A stretch of DNA of 64,000 nt from Vicugna vicugna (lineage: Eukaryota), in contig MU058844.1 of assembly GCA_013265495.1 (NCBI GenBank), positions 1,804,941 through 1,868,940 on the forward strand, given 5' to 3'. The stretch's first letter is position 1, and every line of letters starts with the position of its first letter. The translations under genes were made by a program, and so were the position numbers. The notes beneath the pieces are model-generated. The model did not search any database. It was not told the origin of the DNA and saw nothing but the letters and a program-made list of their open reading frames with translations. Below, in pieces: positions 63,861-64,000 of the stretch.

Positions 63861-64000
63861 TGTAATGGCCATACTTTCACATCTCATTGAAAAGGTTGGG
63901 ATGAATTAATTGAAACATTTAACCAATTACATTCATGCTCAGAATATCACGATAAAATGAGAAATTGTATGTAAGGGGATTTTCTGGTTACTTGAAGTAT

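Noticed and set aside
1..64000. CRISPR array, tRNA/rRNA/snRNA gene, NUMT, processed pseudogene or prokaryote-like operon
   Set aside because: I saw no regularly spaced repeat-spacer array, structured RNA gene signature, mitochondrial-like segment or intronless gene remnant. A covariance-model or BLAST search could still reveal highly decayed copies.

Overview
AT-rich, CpG-depleted mammalian genomic DNA, either intronic in a large gene or intergenic. I recognise no cellular protein-coding gene, RNA gene, CpG island or CRISPR-like array. The ORF track is explained by decayed LINE-1 ORF2 (about 28.1-29.2 kb), simple repeats and chance ORFs. Interspersed repeats dominate: ancient MIR, L2 and L1M fragments, hAT/Tigger DNA-transposon fossils, ERVL/MaLR remnants, and several younger 5'-truncated L1 insertions with visible target-site duplications (TSDs). 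The young L1 3' ends, plus the absence of recognisable Alu, B1, Bov, PRE-1 or Can SINEs, suggest a cetartiodactyl, most likely a camelid (inference). The best-supported observations are retrotransposition footprints: a 2.5-kb L1 with an apparent 3' transduction inside a perfect 17-bp TSD (27557-30269), a twin-primed 5'-inverted L1 inside a MIR (15711-15961) and a double L1 3' end inside one TSD (25743-26192). Less certain are plus-strand promoter/exon candidates, notably a MEF2/TATA element at 57680 with a possible first exon (57712-57990) and a cleanly bounded exon at 60133-60218. I did not find a novel biological system that I can support. Repeat family names come from recalled consensus similarity, not a search, and most repeat boundaries are approximate.
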